Source: Minisyncoccia bacterium
GTDB lineage: Bacteria > Patescibacteriota > Minisyncoccia > Phycocordibacterales > Phycocordibacteraceae
Direction of reading: 5' to 3'
DNA: 57,519 nucleotides
Assembly (NCBI GenBank): GCA_049305795.1
Contig: JBAQPM010000005.1
Span: forward strand, 1-57,519
Shown: one piece after another, positions 36,745-45,631 of the stretch
Layout of the letters: each line of letters begins with the position of its first letter
Numbering within the stretch: the first letter of the stretch is position 1
Made by a program: the position numbers and the translations under genes
The notes under the pieces: model-generated
Seen by the model: the letters and a program-made list of their open reading frames with translations, nothing else
Database searches by the model: none
Told to the model about the DNA's origin: nothing

Positions 36745-37800
36745 TCAGTCTCCAGTGATTTCGCCCGATGGGTTACGTATCTCTCCTATCAAATTAACGA
36801 AGTTGCCATGGTATCCCTCCTCCTCAAGCCTTGCTATGAAAGCCAACCAATTTTCTTCTAGTTCAGGAAAGTTATTCTTTGAAAGCGTATACAGTTCAAG
36901 AAATATATCCTCAATTTCTCCAGCCTGAAGAATTTGATTATATCCGTGGGAATCATTATTAAACGATTCATCTAATATTTTAATGACATCATCCTTATTC
37001 AAAATCGAAACAAGAGGCTTAATGAGAAGTTGAGCATTTTCCTCGGAGGTTCTGAAACCTTTGGATTCAAGAAAATATGAAATGGCTCTATCTTTTACAT
37101 TTTTAGTCGTCTCTGGAGAAAACTCCTGTTGAGAGATTAGGCTCGCAACATAGATATATTTTAGTTTTTCAATCTTTACTCCACTTGATGAGAAAATGGC
37201 GTTAATTTTCTGCATATCCTGGTCAGAAATATGCCATTCTCCCTTCTTTTCAAGAAGTTCAAAAATCTTTGTAACGAACCCGTTATGCTCAGTCTGAATG
37301 GCTACACATATCTGTATAAGCTCCCTTAATACCTGCTCTAAATCCTCCGTCTCTGTGCCAAGCGAATTAACATGTGCCTTTTCATTTCTCTTCTGCAAAA
37401 CACCCTGAGCTTTCTTAAAATACTGCTGATCGACGTTTTTATAAATATCTTTCAATTTTCCGACTATCGCGTCTTCTCCTTGTTTACATTCGGTTTGGAG
37501 TTTACCTAAAGCACATAGGTGTCCATCAAGATAGTCATTTGGCTTGTTAGAGGTAAGAGCATCAAGGAAAATCTTGTCGGATTTATATGGAGTTCCGTCT
37601 TCCTTCTCTATTTCTCTTAATTGCCAGAGTTTCTCGTATATAAAAAGCATGAAGATATTCCATGCATAGATCATTGCAGCATCGTAAAGACCGTGTTTTG
37701 CAGCAAGATACAATTTTTGCTCATATCCATACGTTTTACCATTACAAACATATGAGCAAAGCGTACCAATTTTCTGTTCTATATCTTCACTACTGCTCAT
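36745..37800 (-). CDS. Hypothetical all-helical protein (351 aa) translationally coupled to hsdMS
   Basis: 4-nt overlap (37797-37800) with the upstream hsdMS ORF. I recognise no motif. Confidence 0.6.
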   Translation of the reverse strand: MSSSEDIEQKIGTLCSYVCNGKTYGYEQKLYLAAKHGLYDAAMIYAWNIFMLFIYEKLWQLREIEKEDGTPYKSDKIFLDALTSNKPNDYLDGHLCALGKLQTECKQGEDAIVGKLKDIYKNVDQQYFKKAQGVLQKRNEKAHVNSLGTETEDLEQVLRELIQICVAIQTEHNGFVTKIFELLEKKGEWHISDQDMQKINAIFSSSGVKIEKLKYIYVASLISQQEFSPETTKNVKDRAISYFLESKGFRTSEENAQLLIKPLVSILNKDDVIKILDESFNNDSHGYNQILQAGEIEDIFLELYTLSKNNFPELEENWLAFIARLEEEGYHGNFVNLIGEIRNPSGEITGD

Positions 37801-40244
37801 AAGGTTACTAAAACTCTTTCAATTCGTTTCTCCATTATCTCAATCAACTTATTGTTTGATTCAATGATCTCATCTTGAGATTCCATCTCAGCTACAAGTT
37901 CTTTTTGTGTTATAAGATCCGGAACAGCGATCTCTGTAGCCTCAATTAACTTATTGTAAAGTCTTTCAATTGTTCCGCCTTTGGTAGTCACCCACTCAAT
38001 AGCTTGAAAGGTGTAGTAAAGATATTTATTCAAAACTAGTTTTTCATCATTATCGATCCAGACAATGTTCGAATCTTGAAAATATGCCGGTTGCCCGTCG
38101 TAAATTACGACTCTGCCAATGGTTCCAGAAGTTGACAATAGTATGTCGCCCTTTTTAGGGAACGAGTACTTTCTGCGATAATCATCATAAAGGTCTTGAC
38201 CTATAAATGCATCTGCATCTTTACCGAAAGTGCCAATTTTATAAAATGGAACATCGCCCGCTGTAGATGTTTCTTCTTTAAAAATTCTTTTGCACATAGA
38301 TATCTTCCCAATTTCTCCAAGTTTGATACGACTGACTCCCTCTAGTCCCCTAAGTAAGTAGCCGAAATATCGTCTCTCTCTCTCTAGATTTTCGATGACC
38401 TGTTTTGCGCCTTCAATTGCTTTTTGCTTTACTTCAAGTTGCTTGACAATTTCCTTTTGAACCTCAAGTGGAGGAAGTGGAATCTCTATTTTAGAAATAT
38501 CCTTTGGGTAAACATGTGGCTGTCCTCCACCTGTTTGAAGTTTATAAATTTCCTCTTGAATATTACGAAGGAAGTAATAAATATACTCAATCAACACGTC
38601 GTGACTATCACCTGCCTGGATAGTTGTGCAGTCTGAGGCAAAAATTGGAACCTTAAAAAAGTTTACGAAACCAGCATAAGCCCCTGACGCACTGATCGTG
38701 ATTGTTTTTCCTTCTCTGTTTGACTGATTATGGTAATAAGCTGGCTGTTGTCCTCCAGCAATAACAGGAACCACTCCTTCAACTGTGATCTTTTTTGTAA
38801 TAGGAGATCCTTTTTTAATTTCACAAATATCACCCAGACGAACAATTGGATATTTTTCATTTCGTATTTCCGAAGCTTTGTATCTATCAGCAGAAAGATT
38901 GTAGTCATCATTTTCTGCAATCTTCTCTTTCGGAACAATAAATCCTTTGTTTGAATTAAAAATAAAAGACTCTACAACCTCACGACTCTGATCTGCTCTT
39001 ACATACTCACGAAAACTTTTAAGAATAACAGCCGCATCTACCAAGTCATCTTTATCACTCTTTCGGCGCTGTGCACCAAGGTCATACCCATCGTGCAAGA
39101 CTTTTACAAAGAGCAGATCTTTTGTTTTCTTTGCTACTTCATTATCAAAGAAAAGAATACTGGTTTTCACTCCAGAGTATGGATTGAAGACTCCTGCGGG
39201 AAGCGATGCAACAGCAAACAATCCATCATTTACCAGATTCTTGCGAAGCTCTTTATAAGCTTTCCCCGACTGGAAGATAACACCCTCTGGAACAATGATA
39301 CCTGCCCGTCCTTTTGGCTTGAGGTGGTTCATTATGTAGTCTACGAACAGCACCTCGGCTCGGTTGGCTTGAATACTAAACTTATTGTGAGGCTTTACAC
39401 CACCTTTCGGAGACATAAAGGGTGGGTTCGCCAAAATGACATCAAATTTATCATTCCAGCGCTCCTCGCTTGAAAGCGTATTGTAGTTATAAATCTTTGG
39501 CGTGGTGAACTTATGCAAGTACATATTCACTTGCGACATACGTACCATAGTTGGGTCAATGTCGTATCCCTGAAAGTTATTCACTAATTTCTTACGCTCG
39601 TCTGAAGTGAGCTGTTTAACTTTTCCAGTTTCCGGATCAACTCCTTCGTTTTGTCTTTTTATGTAATTGTATGCACTGATCAAGAACCCGGCTGTACCAC
39701 AGGCAGGGTCTAAAATGGTGTCGTCTTTGCTTGGAGCAGTTACATCAACAATAAAGTCGATGATGTGGCGAGGGGTACGGAACTGCCCCGCATCACCCTG
39801 AGAGGACATTATTGAAAGAAGGTACTCGTACGCATTTCCAAGTTCCTCAGAATGAGAATAATCAAAGTATAAAATTTCTTTAAGAAAAAGACCAAGAACT
39901 TCTGGGTCACGATATGGCAAAAATGCCTGTCTAAATATATCTCTAAAAAGCTGTGGTAACTGCTTCGCTTCCGAAAACTTCATCAAAGCCTCTGTATAAA
40001 TATTTGTGCGTTCCTGATTTCCGAGTCGATCGCTCATCAACTTGGTCCATGCGTATTTTTCTAAATCTCCAGTGAAAAATGATGGTTCCCCGCCGGCTTT
40101 GATAGCCTGTTGATCCATGTCATCCATAAACTTATAGATGAGCGCGTTCGTGATCTGCTCAACTTGAGACATGGGGTTCGGCACAACCCCGACAAGAACT
40201 TGTCGTGCCGCATCAATATGTTTCTTTGTGTCTTGAGTAAGCAT
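37797..40244 (-). CDS. hsdM: Type I R-M fused methyltransferase-specificity subunit (HsdM-HsdS fusion)
   Basis: N-terminal ~460 aa carry motif I DPACGTAGFL and motif IV LANPPF (N6-adenine MTase). The C-terminal ~355 aa carry two TRD-like halves (IVRLGDICEIKKGSPI..., RIKLGEIGKISMCKRIF...) separated and followed by helical conserved regions. The 815-codon frame is uninterrupted. Confidence 0.85.
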   Translation of the reverse strand: MLTQDTKKHIDAARQVLVGVVPNPMSQVEQITNALIYKFMDDMDQQAIKAGGEPSFFTGDLEKYAWTKLMSDRLGNQERTNIYTEALMKFSEAKQLPQLFRDIFRQAFLPYRDPEVLGLFLKEILYFDYSHSEELGNAYEYLLSIMSSQGDAGQFRTPRHIIDFIVDVTAPSKDDTILDPACGTAGFLISAYNYIKRQNEGVDPETGKVKQLTSDERKKLVNNFQGYDIDPTMVRMSQVNMYLHKFTTPKIYNYNTLSSEERWNDKFDVILANPPFMSPKGGVKPHNKFSIQANRAEVLFVDYIMNHLKPKGRAGIIVPEGVIFQSGKAYKELRKNLVNDGLFAVASLPAGVFNPYSGVKTSILFFDNEVAKKTKDLLFVKVLHDGYDLGAQRRKSDKDDLVDAAVILKSFREYVRADQSREVVESFIFNSNKGFIVPKEKIAENDDYNLSADRYKASEIRNEKYPIVRLGDICEIKKGSPITKKITVEGVVPVIAGGQQPAYYHNQSNREGKTITISASGAYAGFVNFFKVPIFASDCTTIQAGDSHDVLIEYIYYFLRNIQEEIYKLQTGGGQPHVYPKDISKIEIPLPPLEVQKEIVKQLEVKQKAIEGAKQVIENLERERRYFGYLLRGLEGVSRIKLGEIGKISMCKRIFKEETSTAGDVPFYKIGTFGKDADAFIGQDLYDDYRRKYSFPKKGDILLSTSGTIGRVVIYDGQPAYFQDSNIVWIDNDEKLVLNKYLYYTFQAIEWVTTKGGTIERLYNKLIEATEIAVPDLITQKELVAEMESQDEIIESNNKLIEIMEKRIERVLVTL

Positions 40245-40246
40245 AA

Positions 40247-42805
40247 TTAGTTCATAAATGTATTTAGTGATACGTAGTCTTTAATGTATCGAGGAATGAT
40301 ATCCTTAAATCCATTACATGCGTTCCATTCCTCAAACGATAGGGCTGGCGACTGGAAAAGTTCAGCATATGCCTTTCTGTCGATAATATCTCTCACCTCA
40401 GCATCTGCGATATACGACTTGAAGAAGTGCTTCGCCTGATAATAATGCTCAGGATCTACAGGATTAAGTTCGACAAATTTTTCCCATTCTGCATCAAGAA
40501 GTTCATTCTTGGTTTCAAATGTATCCTTTTCTCCAAAGGCGACCTGCAGGAACTCTCGAATACTGATTCTTCGATCGACATTGAATATCTTTCGAATCTT
40601 CTGAAGATTTAAGAAGTGTGCAGGCTTATCGAATATGTTCTTTTTGATATACTCTTCCGCTTCAATTATATCGCCGTTCTTCCAAAGGTTAGAGAGAACA
40701 GCATTACCAAGAACATCCTCCTCCACAGCCCTACGAAAGCCTTCACGGTCAATACGCATTCCATCTGCCCCAACCTCCGTATGAGATACCGAGACAATCC
40801 TATCGTCTGATTGCAGGTCGATTGGACCCTTAAATATTTTCTCTCCGTTCTCATCAACGAACTCGCTCTGTTCTGATTCGACAGATCCTTCCGTTGCAGG
40901 AATCTTCTTAATGACCGGTAGTTTTACCTTGTCGTCATATTTGAATTCCTTTTCAAAATATTCACAGGCCGCAAAGAAGTCGAAAAACTTAAATGTTTTC
41001 TTTTCTTCGCGATAGTTTTCATTCTTTTCGGTATCAGTGTAATCGAACACATGCTTTCGAGTACCACGCCCCTTTATCTGAACGAAATCTGATGGACTAA
41101 ACACAGGACGCATGAGCGCGATGTTTAGGAGGTCCTGACAGTCATATCCTGTCGTCATCATGCCGACCGTAACAGCAATACGAGTTTTACTTGAATCGTA
41201 ACCAGGAGGCAGTGGAACTTGACCACCTAGACGATTATTAGAGAAGTTTATGGTCATCTGCTGTGCATCAGAAACCTGTGAGGTCACTTGCATAGCAAAG
41301 TCTGATTCTTTGTATAGTTCTGGCCACTTCTGAAAAGCAAGCTTATTTAGAATGTTTGTGATTCGGGCAGCATGCTTCTGTGATACACAAAATACGATAC
41401 CCTTTCCGAACAGAGGTACACCCACTTCTTCAGCTACAGGATCAAAGAGACCGTTCTCAATAAATGCCTTCGCCATCGCGATATTAGTTTCCTCATTGAA
41501 AAACTTCCTTTCGTAGTGTTTCTCACTGAAGACTTGATCTACAGTTTCTCCGTCTTCGGTAGTTGTATGCACCGCAAATCCATCATCTGAGAGAAGCTTG
41601 GTAGTAATTTCGGTACGGGCATCGACAATAATTGGGTTGATGAGAAATCCGTCTTGAACACCCTTCAAGAGGTCATATCGATATGTTGGAGAACCTGACT
41701 CGCAACCAAAAGTCTTGTAGGTATCCAGAAGTTGACGACGTTCAAACTCTCTTTGAGTATCTGAATCTTCTCCGTCAAAACCACGTAGATAGTCTTTAGG
41801 CGTGGCCGTAAGTCCTAGCTTGTAGCCAACGAAATACTCAAAAACTGCACGAGAGTTACCTCCGATGGAACGGTGCGCTTCGTCTGAAATAACAAATTCA
41901 AAGTCCGTTGGAGAGAATTCCTTTTTGTAACGATCTCCAGCCATAAAGGTTTGGATCGTCGAAACCACTACTTGTGCGCGTTGCCATGAATCACGTGCAT
42001 CCTTGTAAATAACGCAGGTGTAGTCTTTACCGAGATACTGTCTAAATGCTTTGTATGACTGATCTTCAAGCTCGATACGATCCACAAGGAAAAGCACTCG
42101 GCGTGCGTTACCAGATTTTAGAAACAGTTTAATCACCGCCGCAGAGGCGAGAGTCTTACCCGTACCAGTAGCCATCTCAAAAAGGAAGCGGCCGTTACCT
42201 TCAAGTGCGGCCTGTTGAAGTGCCTTAATTGCTTCCACCTGATACGGTCGCATCTGTTTTAAATTGTTTGCTCTCAAGAACTCTAAACGTAGTGCATCGT
42301 CTTTAAATGATGGATCATTATCAAACCCAGGCATCTGAGAAGAGATGATGTAGTTCTCATCTACCTCAGTTGAAGCCAGCTCTTCTGCATTTGGAGTGTA
42401 GCTTTCAAACTGAGTGATTGATTCTTGTGTAGGAAAACGTGCAATCGTATCCGGATTGCCGTGCTTAGTATCCCAAAAATAGTGAAGGTTTCCGTTAGAA
42501 AGGATTACGAATCGAGCACCCACATTACGTGCGTAGTTGCGAGCCTGTTCTTTTGCAGAAAGTGGCTCAATCGCTTCTTTCTTTGCCTCAAGCACAAGGA
42601 GCGGGCGGCGCCCATCCTTATCCAAAAGAAGATAGTCGATGTAACCCTTTGCGATATTCTCAAAATCCTCCCCAGCCTCAGCCAAATTCACACCTGGCTC
42701 AAGAGAAATATTTGCTTTTCCTGCTTCAGAGTCCTCAAAACGCCACCCCGCCTGTTCAAGAAGTTTGTTTATCTTTATTCGTGCTTGTGCTTCTTTGTTA
42801 TTCAT
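40247..42805 (-). CDS. hsdR: Type I restriction enzyme R subunit (HsdR)
   Basis: N-terminal PD-(D/E)xK-like region (IDYLLLDKDGRRPLLVLEAKKE), helicase motif I MATGTGKT, motif II DEAH (VISDEAHRS) and motif VI QIKGRGTR. It sits 2 nt upstream of hsdMS. Confidence 0.88.
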   Translation of the reverse strand: MNNKEAQARIKINKLLEQAGWRFEDSEAGKANISLEPGVNLAEAGEDFENIAKGYIDYLLLDKDGRRPLLVLEAKKEAIEPLSAKEQARNYARNVGARFVILSNGNLHYFWDTKHGNPDTIARFPTQESITQFESYTPNAEELASTEVDENYIISSQMPGFDNDPSFKDDALRLEFLRANNLKQMRPYQVEAIKALQQAALEGNGRFLFEMATGTGKTLASAAVIKLFLKSGNARRVLFLVDRIELEDQSYKAFRQYLGKDYTCVIYKDARDSWQRAQVVVSTIQTFMAGDRYKKEFSPTDFEFVISDEAHRSIGGNSRAVFEYFVGYKLGLTATPKDYLRGFDGEDSDTQREFERRQLLDTYKTFGCESGSPTYRYDLLKGVQDGFLINPIIVDARTEITTKLLSDDGFAVHTTTEDGETVDQVFSEKHYERKFFNEETNIAMAKAFIENGLFDPVAEEVGVPLFGKGIVFCVSQKHAARITNILNKLAFQKWPELYKESDFAMQVTSQVSDAQQMTINFSNNRLGGQVPLPPGYDSSKTRIAVTVGMMTTGYDCQDLLNIALMRPVFSPSDFVQIKGRGTRKHVFDYTDTEKNENYREEKKTFKFFDFFAACEYFEKEFKYDDKVKLPVIKKIPATEGSVESEQSEFVDENGEKIFKGPIDLQSDDRIVSVSHTEVGADGMRIDREGFRRAVEEDVLGNAVLSNLWKNGDIIEAEEYIKKNIFDKPAHFLNLQKIRKIFNVDRRISIREFLQVAFGEKDTFETKNELLDAEWEKFVELNPVDPEHYYQAKHFFKSYIADAEVRDIIDRKAYAELFQSPALSFEEWNACNGFKDIIPRYIKDYVSLNTFMN

Positions 42806-42808
42806 AAA

Positions 42809-43015
42809 TTATTTCAGGAGTTCATCAGCTGATACTCCTAGGGCTTTGGCGAGATTGGTAATCGTAGAAAGTGTGGGATTAGTCTTCCCATTCTCTATAT
42901 TACTCACAAAAGAACGATCGACGCCGAGCGTCTTTGCGATACTTACCTGCGTAATATCTTTCTTCGTTCTGATCTTCTTGAGATTCTGACCCAATCTCTT
43001 CGCATCATCTTTCAT
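42809..43015 (-). CDS. XRE-family HTH regulator (controller-like) heading the R-M operon
   Basis: 68 aa with a classic Cro/C1 HTH (ITQVSIAKTLGVDRSFVSNIENGKTNP). There is a 3-nt gap to hsdR. Confidence 0.85.
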   Translation of the reverse strand: MKDDAKRLGQNLKKIRTKKDITQVSIAKTLGVDRSFVSNIENGKTNPTLSTITNLAKALGVSADELLK

Positions 43016-43021
43016 AAATAG

Positions 43022-43054
43022 AGTATAGCAAATCCTGTTGTACTTTACTACAAC
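43022..43054 (-). promoter_or_regulatory. Leaderless-type -10 element plus palindromic operator candidate upstream of the XRE gene
   Basis: On the minus strand, TATACT (43027-43022) lies 6 nt before the ATG (43015). The inverted repeat GTTGTA-N6-TACAAC spans 43037-43054. Confidence 0.5.
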
Positions 43055-43208
43055 AAAAATACCTCTCAGATTGAAAGGTGTTTTATCTTGAAACTAGCTA
43101 TCTTTGAGCTAGCATGTGTTGGCTGCCAGGTTTGGACACGTTCAGAACAATTGACTGGCGAGGGCTAGTCTCAGAACTAGAATCTTTAGAATTAGTTCTC
43201 GCGAGGGA

Positions 43209-43742
43209 CTACTTTAGCACTACGCAATTATTAATCACTGGATAGTAATAGCCATTGAGGTTGGAGTCGCTAAATTCTCCCACAAAATACAGTGTCTGAC
43301 CCTGTTTTAGAAGCATAAGAGTATCTTTCGCGTTCTGATCGTTCTCCTTTAACGAACAAGCAATCTGGTAAGGTTTAAACCAACTTCTTATCCAACTTGT
43401 ACCAAAATCAATCACAAGGTAGTAGTTATTCTCTCCAAAGAAATTTGTATATCTTCCCTGGCCACTTACAAGCTTCCCTTGATATGTTTTTAAGAAGTTT
43501 GCTCTTTCATAAGCTGTCTTAAAATCGCTTGCCCTCGACAGAACATCCGCTAATGGAACTGTGCTCGTAGCATTAACTGCTTCGGCGAAGACATCCTGCG
43601 GAATTGGTGGATTGTAGACAAGATAGATAGTCCAGAACGCTGCTATTGTGGCTATAGCAGTCAGGAGTAATCCTGCAATCTGAGCCCAGATTGGGAGATT
43701 CCCCAATTCCTTTGCGATACCCCCTGATTTCTCTGCGGTCAT
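43209..43742 (-). CDS. Membrane-anchored protein D of the protease operon (177 aa)
   Basis: Single N-terminal TM helix (LPIWAQIAGLLLTAIATIAAFWTIYLVY) and a ~125-aa extracytoplasmic domain. I recognise no motif. Confidence 0.6.
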   Translation of the reverse strand: MTAEKSGGIAKELGNLPIWAQIAGLLLTAIATIAAFWTIYLVYNPPIPQDVFAEAVNATSTVPLADVLSRASDFKTAYERANFLKTYQGKLVSGQGRYTNFFGENNYYLVIDFGTSWIRSWFKPYQIACSLKENDQNAKDTLMLLKQGQTLYFVGEFSDSNLNGYYYPVINNCVVLK

Positions 43743-43780
43743 AATGGTAATTATGACACGAACCAGTTTTACCTGCCCGC

Positions 43781-44293
43781 TTAGTTTGTGGCCGGTCTAC
43801 TGAATAAATTTGCTAGCGACCAGCCGAGATGATGTCTTCCAAGATCACTCATTGGGACGATTCTGTCTGAAATACGGGCTGCTATTACCGCGCGAGGTAC
43901 ATATATTATAGTTTGCAGATCGGCGATAGATTCTGGCAAGCCATTAAATGCGGGTAGATAAAAGAAATAATAATTCTTTCTATCTCTGATACTTTTCACA
44001 CTATCTGTGTTGAGAGTATTATCTTCAATAAATTGTGCCAGCTCATGTACTGGGCAGATCATGACATTATTTCTTCGCTGAATATCGCATGTTTGCGATA
44101 GAAGAATGACTCTCTGTGTTTTAGAACCAATTACATGTAAGTCGGAAGTGGCCGCCTCCTGCTCTAAAGAAAAAGAGCCGTCTTCCTCTTTTTTAACTGA
44201 CTGAGGCTTGTCTAGAATATAAAACGGGAAATTCTCAAGTATGTCGCCTTGATACAGTGTGTTTGGGTCTACCGTGGCTGAATCAGCATACAT
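43781..44293 (-). CDS. Hypothetical soluble protein C of the protease operon (170 aa)
   Basis: Open frame 38 nt upstream of D and co-directional with it. I recognise no family (LLSQTCDIQRRNN, YYFFYLPAF). Confidence 0.6.
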   Translation of the reverse strand: MYADSATVDPNTLYQGDILENFPFYILDKPQSVKKEEDGSFSLEQEAATSDLHVIGSKTQRVILLSQTCDIQRRNNVMICPVHELAQFIEDNTLNTDSVKSIRDRKNYYFFYLPAFNGLPESIADLQTIIYVPRAVIAARISDRIVPMSDLGRHHLGWSLANLFSRPATN

Positions 44294-44312
44294 AGGGACA
44301 TAGGAACAAAGA

Positions 44313-44558
44313 CTAGTTCAAGCTAGTTTTGAATACCTTTTTATAGAATTTCTCTTCCTCATCCTGAGAAAGTTCGTCTTCTTTTCCTGAAGTTGAGGGC
44401 TGATTAACCTTCAATGGCTGAATGAGCCGTCCATTCTCGATATGCAATACAGTACCCTTTAATAAGAATTCGTTATTACCAGAGGTACTCTGGTTATTCT
44501 TAGATCCAATAAATGTGCTGCCGGTTTGGGAGTATTGCATGTTTAAGTAATTATCCAC
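44313..44558 (-). CDS. Small protein B of the protease operon (81 aa; alternative start 44540)
   Basis: S/N/Q-rich N-terminal half and an acidic tail (DELSQDEEEKF). It overlaps the protease gene by 16 nt, or abuts it if the start is at 44540. Confidence 0.45.
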   Translation of the reverse strand: MDNYLNMQYSQTGSTFIGSKNNQSTSGNNEFLLKGTVLHIENGRLIQPLKVNQPSTSGKEDELSQDEEEKFYKKVFKTSLN

Positions 44559-45577
44559 TTATCTCCTGCGAGATTTAGATTTACCTGCACATTTCCAGAG
44601 GGATCTGGAATCTTTGCCAAAATGTATTTTGACTCAAAAGTATATTTTGAATCGAGACTGTGTATCACAGCACGTCTTACATTTACTTCTTTTCTATCTT
44701 CTGCACCCAATACTTCCTGCGGATTAAAGTCCGTCTCTAGGTCTAGGTAGTCTATGTACTTATCAAGAAGATTTTCAATAATCTTCTCATTCTTTGAATC
44801 AGGGCAGTCTACTACTCCATCGAAACCAATATCCTTTGCTTCATTCCTACTTATAAGGTGCTTGTGGGAGAAAAGCTTCTGTGTCAGATGTTCAATAATC
44901 TCACGAGACTGTCTTTCTGGAAGAGCTTTGGCATGCGTATGGAGAAGATTTTTTGCGAGCCTTCTGACCAGCGAATGGGTACGGTTTGTTGAGCCTAGAA
45001 CTGTAGGGGCGATTTCCTTCGTAAGCTCTTTCATTATGTCTGCCAACGCAGTTTGCTCACTAATTCCAACCTTTTCCTTTATGAAATCTACATAACCGAT
45101 TACATCTTCAATCTCTATATGCTTGAGTTGGTTATTGCCGTCCTGAATATTCGCAGCAGGATCAATTGGGCTTAGGTGAGCATAGCGTGTAAGCACAATT
45201 TGATCCGCACCCAGGGCGATCATTGTTCCTGCGCTGAGTGCCTTAGACAAAACGACTACTTCAAATTCATCACAGTGCTCACGGATGAGATTTACCAAAG
45301 GCCAAGGAGTCTCTAGGTGTCCTCCATTTGTATAAAGTGCCAAAGTAATCTTACTTGTATGATCGATCTTTCTTAAGATCTTCTTAAAGTAAGGGAGTAT
45401 GTCGGATGCAACTTGTGTCGAAAGAAGTTGCTCGGGTTTTCTATCACCCGTTATGTACACAATGACTTTACTATTGCGGGCTTGTTCAAGGTCGGAAATA
45501 ACCTTATCCAAAGGATCATTTACAGTAGTAGCAACCTTTTTTACAGCCTTTTTTGCAACTTTTTTGGGCATAGGCAA
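44543..45577 (-). CDS. Clp-fold serine protease of the SDH (serine dehydrogenase proteinase) / SppA-like class
   Basis: Lys-rich N-tail, then VIVYITGD, LALYTNGGHLETPW and VVVLSKALSAGTMIALGADQIVLTRYAHLSPIDP (nucleophile Ser in SAG). A ~170-aa helical C-terminal region follows. Confidence 0.7.
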   Translation of the reverse strand: MPMPKKVAKKAVKKVATTVNDPLDKVISDLEQARNSKVIVYITGDRKPEQLLSTQVASDILPYFKKILRKIDHTSKITLALYTNGGHLETPWPLVNLIREHCDEFEVVVLSKALSAGTMIALGADQIVLTRYAHLSPIDPAANIQDGNNQLKHIEIEDVIGYVDFIKEKVGISEQTALADIMKELTKEIAPTVLGSTNRTHSLVRRLAKNLLHTHAKALPERQSREIIEHLTQKLFSHKHLISRNEAKDIGFDGVVDCPDSKNEKIIENLLDKYIDYLDLETDFNPQEVLGAEDRKEVNVRRAVIHSLDSKYTFESKYILAKIPDPSGNVQVNLNLAGDKWIIT

Positions 45578-45631
45578 ATTGTACCTAATCTACATGATTC
45601 TTGCCATCCTGGTATGCAAACAAATATTTCC

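Noticed and set aside
43115-43249. 44-codon plus-strand ORF in the XRE upstream region
   Set aside because: It runs antisense into the 3' end of protein D, has no SD or promoter context, and the region is better explained as the operator/promoter of the R-M operon.
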